Source of the DNA: Pseudoalteromonas tetraodonis
Lineage (GTDB): Bacteria; Pseudomonadota; Gammaproteobacteria; Enterobacterales; Alteromonadaceae
Length of the DNA stretch: 32,000 nucleotides
NCBI RefSeq assembly: GCF_002310835.1
Contig: NZ_CP011041.1
Coordinates: 1,500,001 to 1,532,000 of the forward strand
Direction of reading: 5' to 3'
Positions within the stretch are counted from its first letter, which is position 1. Each line of letters starts with the position of its first letter. Shown here one piece after another: positions 27,379 to 32,000 of the stretch. The notes under the pieces are model-generated. The model was not told the DNA's origin and did no database searches. It worked only from the letters and a program-made list of their open reading frames with translations. Position numbers and translations under genes: made by a program.

Positions 27379-29532
27379 TTAATTAAGCGCTTCTACTTGC
27401 GCCGCCTGAATGGCTGTTAAAGCAATGGTATACACAATATCGTCAACTAATGCGCCACGGCTTAAGTCGTTAACAGGTTTGCGCATCCCTTGTAACATAG
27501 GACCAATACTGATCAAATCGGCACTTCGTTGCACTGCTTTGTAGGTGGTATTACCCGTATTTAAATCAGGGAAAATAAACACGGTTGCTTTACCGGCAAC
27601 CGGGCTATCTGGCGCTTTTTTAATAGCTACACTTTCCATAATGGCCGCATCGTATTGCAATGGCCCATCGATAATGAGATCTGGGCGCTTTTGTTGGGCA
27701 ATTTTTGTTGCTTCGCGGACTTTTTCTACATCAGCGCCACTGCCCGAATTACCCGTGCTGTAACTTATCATTGCTACACGAGGTTCTATGCCAAATGCGG
27801 CAGCAGAATCGGCAGATTGAATTGCAATATCGGCTAGTTGTTCAGCATTAGGATCAGGGTTAATAGCACAGTCACCATAAACAAGCACTTGATCAGGCAA
27901 TAACATAAAAAATACCGACGAGACTAATGATGAACCCGGTGCGGTTTTAATCAGCTGTAAAGGCGGGCGAATGGTATTGGCCGTGGTATTGACTGCCCCT
28001 GAAACCAGCCCATCGACTTTCCCTTGTTCTAGCATCATGGTGCCCAGTACCACGTTATCTTGCAGTTGTTCCTTTGCAATAACGTCAGTTAAGCCTTTGT
28101 TTTTACGAATTTCGACCATAGGTGCTACGTAGTCATTAATAATACTACTTGGCTCTATTACAGTCACATGCTCGTTCAGTTCAATCCCTTGTTGCTCCGC
28201 GATTCGAAATATTTCATCGCGATCGCCAAGTAAAATTGTTTTAGCTATGCCGCGCTGGCCACAAATAGCAGCGGCTTTAATGGTTCTAGGCTCGTTACCC
28301 TCAGGCAACACAATCGTTTTATCCGCTTTACGGGCTTTATCGGTTAATAAATACCTAAAGGCAGGGGGGGATAACTTGCGGGTTTTTCCCACACTTTTTG
28401 CTAATGTGTCCAGCCAATCAGAATCGATATGTGCAGCGTTATGATCTTTTACTTTTTCTATGCGTTGTTCATCGTCGCTAGGCACTTCTAGGTTAAAGTT
28501 ATGCAGCAATAAAGAAGTGCGCCAGGTATCGCCCTCGGTTGCCAAAATTGGCAGACCAGTTTGCATAGCTTGTTCGCATAGCGCCATAATGCGCGGCTCA
28601 GGTTCAAAACCACCGGTAAGTAAAATTGCACCTAGTTTTGTGCCATTCATGGCCGATAAGCAAGCTGCAACGAGTATATCTGAGCGATCGCCAGGGGTAA
28701 CCAATAACGCACCTGGCGTAAAATAGTTTAAAATATTGGATACGGTGCGGGCACAAAATGTAATTCGTCTGAGTCGGCGGTGTACCATATCGCCTTCGTT
28801 GATAATAGTGGCTTTTAAATAGGCACTTAAATCTTTAACACGTGGGGCAACCAGTTCAAAATCCCACGGAATAGCGCCGAGTAACATAAACGGGTTTTTT
28901 CTAAAAATAGGTAAAGAAGCTAAGCGGTTTAATTCGTTATCAAGCGCTTCTGGCTTATAGGTATCGACTAAATCGGCGCGAGCTCGACCTTCCTCATCAA
29001 GGGGGGCGTTTACTTTATTAAAAATACAGCCAAGCACGCGAGGGTGGTCAATGCCACCATAGTTGCCAGCGGCTATTTCAAGTCGGTCTTCAATTTGAGT
29101 AATGTTGTAATTGCCAGGGGTAAGTACAAAAACGATATCGGCCCCTAAAGTTTGTGCGATTTCGCGATTTACTCTCCCCGCATATGGTTGGCGACGGGTA
29201 GGCACCATGCCTTCAATAATAGCCACTTCATCATCGTTAATTTTACTTTGAAAACGCTCTACAATTTCTTCTAGCAGGTCATCGCCTTTGCCATCGCCAA
29301 TCATTTGCTCGGCGTAATCCAGCGCAAATGACGTGGGTGGATCAATAGGCGAGCCTTGGGTAACAATTTGTGTTGACTTTTCTGGGCCTGTTTCACCCGC
29401 GCGTGGTTGGGCTATAGGTTTAAAAAAATTAACTTTAACAGTTTTTTGTTCCAGCGCCCTTACCAAACCCACCGATACTGAGGTTAAACCAACCCCAGTA
29501 GAAACGGGGATCAACATAATACGACGAGCCAT
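27379..29532 (-). CDS. pta: Phosphate acetyltransferase
   Basis: [28 protein letters not shown] aligns with the E. coli Pta N-terminus [28 protein letters not shown]. The C-terminal PTA_PTB domain ends ...[13 protein letters not shown] (29540-29545, minus) lies 7 nt upstream of the ATG at 29532. The ATG is 1 nt after the ackA stop. The ORF-track start at 29571 would overlap ackA. Confidence 0.95.
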   Translation of the reverse strand: MARRIMLIPVSTGVGLTSVSVGLVRALEQKTVKVNFFKPIAQPRAGETGPEKSTQIVTQGSPIDPPTSFALDYAEQMIGDGKGDDLLEEIVERFQSKINDDEVAIIEGMVPTRRQPYAGRVNREIAQTLGADIVFVLTPGNYNITQIEDRLEIAAGNYGGIDHPRVLGCIFNKVNAPLDEEGRARADLVDTYKPEALDNELNRLASLPIFRKNPFMLLGAIPWDFELVAPRVKDLSAYLKATIINEGDMVHRRLRRITFCARTVSNILNYFTPGALLVTPGDRSDILVAACLSAMNGTKLGAILLTGGFEPEPRIMALCEQAMQTGLPILATEGDTWRTSLLLHNFNLEVPSDDEQRIEKVKDHNAAHIDSDWLDTLAKSVGKTRKLSPPAFRYLLTDKARKADKTIVLPEGNEPRTIKAAAICGQRGIAKTILLGDRDEIFRIAEQQGIELNEHVTVIEPSSIINDYVAPMVEIRKNKGLTDVIAKEQLQDNVVLGTMMLEQGKVDGLVSGAVNTTANTIRPPLQLIKTAPGSSLVSSVFFMLLPDQVLVYGDCAINPDPNAEQLADIAIQSADSAAAFGIEPRVAMISYSTGNSGSGADVEKVREATKIAQQKRPDLIIDGPLQYDAAIMESVAIKKAPDSPVAGKATVFIFPDLNTGNTTYKAVQRSADLISIGPMLQGMRKPVNDLSRGALVDDIVYTIALTAIQAAQVEALN

Positions 29533-29533
29533 A

Positions 29534-30763
29534 TTATAACTCCTTGGTGATGTTTGCGGCATCAAGTGCAATCACCCATTCTTCGTTAGTGGGCATAACA
29601 ACCGCTTTGCTACGTGAATCAGCTGTACTAATTAACCCAGCTTGGCCAAAACGTGCATCAAGGTTTGCTTGTGGGTCTAAATTAATACCTAAAAAGGCCA
29701 ATTGTTTAAGTACTTTATCACGGATAATATCGGAATTTTCGCCAATACCGCCGGTAAAAATAACTGCGTCTAGCTGTTGCAGCGGAACCATGTAAGCGGC
29801 TATTTGTTTTGCGAGGCGGTAACAAAACATATTAAGTGCCAGCATAGCTTGCTGGTTGCCTGCAATAGCGGCTTCTTCTATGGTGCGACAATCGTTAGAC
29901 AACTCGCTTATGCCTAATAAACCACTTTTTTGATTGAGTAAGTCATCAATTTGCTGAGCAGTGTAATCGAGTTGCGTGGTTAAAAAGTTAAATATGCCCG
30001 GATCAATGTCGCCACAGCGCGTACCCATAACAAGCCCTTCAAGCGGGGTTAACCCCATACTGGTATCAACACTTTTGCCATTTTTAATCGCACACACTGA
30101 ACAGCCGTTGCCTAAGTGAGCGCTAATAAAGTTACTGTTTTCAATAGGAAGTGCCAACAACTTCGCAGTTTGCCCTGCCACATAAAAATGGCTGGTGCCA
30201 TGAAAACCATAGCGCCTAACACCAAAGTCTTTATAAAGCTGATAAGGAAGGGCATAAAGATAAGCGACTTCATCCATCGTTTGATGAAATGCCGTGTCGA
30301 ACACGGCTACTTGCGGTAAATTTTTAAATGATGCTTGCGCTGATGAAATACCCAGTAAGTTAGCGTGGCCATGCAAAGGTGCTAGCGTAGCTGCTTGCGT
30401 GATACCTGCAATAACGCGTTCGTCAATTAATACTGATTGGGTAAAATGCTCACCACCATGCACAACACGATGACCAACAGCAACTAGTTGCTCATCAAGA
30501 TTGTGATCTTTTATTAAATCAACCAGCGTATCAATGGCATGCGCGTGTGCCTGATTAGCAGCAAGTTTAATGGTGGTCTTTTCTCCCTTAAATTTATATT
30601 TTATTGAGGGAGCATCTGCACCTAGGCGCTCAGCTAAACCTGAAATAATGTCTTTTCCTGTGTTTGCATCAATAATTGCAAACTTTAAACTTGAGCTTCC
30701 ACAATTAAGTACCAAAACATGGTTTGGTTTTTTTGGGAGAGTTGGCATAGATTCATTTTCCAT
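29534..30763 (-). CDS. ackA: Acetate kinase
   Basis: [65 protein letters not shown] and FTGGIGEN match E. coli AckA. The start may be the second ATG at 30748 (MPTLPKK). Confidence 0.95.
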   Translation of the reverse strand: MENESMPTLPKKPNHVLVLNCGSSSLKFAIIDANTGKDIISGLAERLGADAPSIKYKFKGEKTTIKLAANQAHAHAIDTLVDLIKDHNLDEQLVAVGHRVVHGGEHFTQSVLIDERVIAGITQAATLAPLHGHANLLGISSAQASFKNLPQVAVFDTAFHQTMDEVAYLYALPYQLYKDFGVRRYGFHGTSHFYVAGQTAKLLALPIENSNFISAHLGNGCSVCAIKNGKSVDTSMGLTPLEGLVMGTRCGDIDPGIFNFLTTQLDYTAQQIDDLLNQKSGLLGISELSNDCRTIEEAAIAGNQQAMLALNMFCYRLAKQIAAYMVPLQQLDAVIFTGGIGENSDIIRDKVLKQLAFLGINLDPQANLDARFGQAGLISTADSRSKAVVMPTNEEWVIALDAANITKEL

Positions 30764-31001
30764 TTAAATATTAATCAGTACACTTGGTTGATATATAAGC
30801 ATTGTAAGCTTAAATGGGTATAGACTAAAGTGTAGTTGACTTTATTAAAAGGGCTTTGTGGAATTCTTTCGATAATTTATGCTTTTTGTGAGTTTTACTA
30901 ATGAAATTAAGCATTTTTACCGATAAAGTGAGAGTTGTGTTACACTTTTATAAGCAAGATGCTTTTACAAGTGTTAAATGCCGTGATTGTGAGGATTTAT
31001 A

Positions 31002-31448
31002 ATGCAAAAAAGTGTGATATCACAAGTTCAATTAGGGCGCGCTTATGCTAAAACATGGCCTATGCGTAAAGAGGTCGCGCCATTATTTGCCGAGTTTAAA
31101 GTGATCAGAGCAACCGAGCTTGCGATTACAGTAATGCCTATTTTAGCCATGTTAACTTTGTTTTTTCAGCTTAATTATTTAGGCCCTGATTTTTTACCTC
31201 AAGCTATTGCCAGTAGTCTATTTTTTATCTCCTTGCCGTTACAGGGGCTTTTATGGCTAGGTAAACGTGCGCAAACAGAATTAGAACCCGCTATGCTGCA
31301 ATGGTACAACGAGTTGTTTGCAAAAATGATCGCCAACGGTTACGACGCACAAATGGGGAAAAACAAGCCCCGCTATTTGGAGCTTGCTGAATTGTTAAAA
31401 GACATGTTTGATAAAATGGATAAAACCTTTACTAAAGAGCAGTTTTAA
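31002..31448 (+). CDS. yfbV: UPF0208 inner-membrane protein YfbV
   Basis: KTWPMRKEVAPLF...LPLQGLLWLGKR...KDMFDKMDKTF aligns with E. coli YfbV (KTWPLEKRLAPVF...LPMQGLWWLGKR...KRAFKQLDKTF). It is divergent from ackA, as in E. coli. GAGGA SD is present. Confidence 0.9.
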   Translation: MQKSVISQVQLGRAYAKTWPMRKEVAPLFAEFKVIRATELAITVMPILAMLTLFFQLNYLGPDFLPQAIASSLFFISLPLQGLLWLGKRAQTELEPAMLQWYNELFAKMIANGYDAQMGKNKPRYLELAELLKDMFDKMDKTFTKEQF

Positions 31449-32000
31449 CAAACTGGCTAATATAAAATGACAAGGTAACCTTATGATGCTGTTTTTGTTC
31501 AAGTGCCTGCCAATGCTCGGGTCTGAACTTCCATGCAAAGGGTGTCATCATTATTAAATTTCTTACGTCGCTAAATGTGAGTGACACTTGCTCTGTAATG
31601 AGCTGTTGCGATGATTGTTTAAAGCCTGTTGGCGTAGCAACTTCAGTATGTTCATTTACCGTATTATAGATATATTTTTTCAACTCTTTGAGGTGCATAG
31701 GCCCAGGGCTTGCCACCACTAAACAGCCATCCTCTTTCACAAGGCGAGAAAGTTCATCGTCAAACAAAGGGGCAAACACGCTAATTAACACATCAGCAAG
31801 GTGATCATTAAAGGGCGCGTGGCTTATTGATGCCACGCTAAATTGACATTGTTTGTATCGTTTTGCTGCGTATTTTACCGCCGACTTAGATATATCAACA
31901 CCATACACAGTAGCTTGCGTGTTATTTGCTATAGCATGAGTGTAAAACCCCTCGCCACACCCTAAATCAATCACTATATTTGCATTGAGCGGTTTGACTA
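31432..32000 (-). CDS. rlmA: 23S rRNA (guanine745-N1)-methyltransferase, N-terminus beyond the window
   Basis: IDLGCGEGFYTHA (SAM motif), VDISKSAVKYAAKRY and MTPFAWKFRPE match E. coli RlmA (LDIGCGEGYYTHA, LDVSKVAIKAAAKRY, MTPFAWRAKPE). The reading frame stays open to nt 32000 (..VKPLNANIV-IDLGCGEG). The listed GTG at 31974 is therefore internal. Confidence 0.9.
   Translation of the reverse strand, partial: VKPLNANIVIDLGCGEGFYTHAIANNTQATVYGVDISKSAVKYAAKRYKQCQFSVASISHAPFNDHLADVLISVFAPLFDDELSRLVKEDGCLVVASPGPMHLKELKKYIYNTVNEHTEVATPTGFKQSSQQLITEQVSLTFSDVRNLIMMTPFAWKFRPEHWQALEQKQHHKVTLSFYISQFVKTAL

Noticed and set aside
26865-30767. Plus-strand ORFs antisense to the ACT, pta and ackA genes (e.g. 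26865..27113, 28460..28726, 29544..29795, 30116..30319)
   Set aside because: They are antisense to genes with near-colinear matches to E. coli proteins. They are shadow ORFs.

Overview
This window reads as a mostly core chromosomal segment of an AT-rich gammaproteobacterium. Gene content and order resemble Alteromonadales or Pseudoalteromonas-type genomes, but that taxon is a guess from memory. Several enterobacterial synteny blocks are recognisable by direct comparison with E. coli proteins I remember: yfbV / ackA-pta, yffB-dapE, ycfL-lpoB, yhiI-rbbA-yhhJ, avtA, yddG and rlmA. The remaining genes are transporters (an NRAMP-like protein, two EamA/DMT proteins, an MsbA-type ABC exporter), envelope lipoproteins, peptidases (M28, M15) and a few uncharacterised proteins. 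I found no rRNA, tRNA, CRISPR array, IS element, integrase or recognisable defence or toxin-antitoxin cassette, and no complete multi-gene novel system that I can support. The best accessory candidate is cut by the left window edge. It is a markedly AT-richer module (nt 1-977) encoding an HExxH metallopeptidase domain translationally coupled to a small lipoprotein, a possible effector/immunity or protease/inhibitor pair. It ends at a perfect 20-21 bp hairpin. Secondary observations: (1) an NRAMP-fold transporter with all four canonical metal-binding positions substituted, behind a 405-bp leader carrying a Fur-box-like palindrome; (2) an EIIA-Glc-fold protein lacking both catalytic histidines, in a tight five-gene operon with dapE; (3) an inverted pair of DnaA boxes upstream of that operon; (4) an EEP-family gene whose conserved N-terminal motif lies upstream of any canonical start codon; (5) an unannotated 40-codon membrane ORF coupled by ATGA overlap to a MAPEG gene. 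All family assignments come from motif recognition by eye and need confirmation by HMM or BLAST searches.
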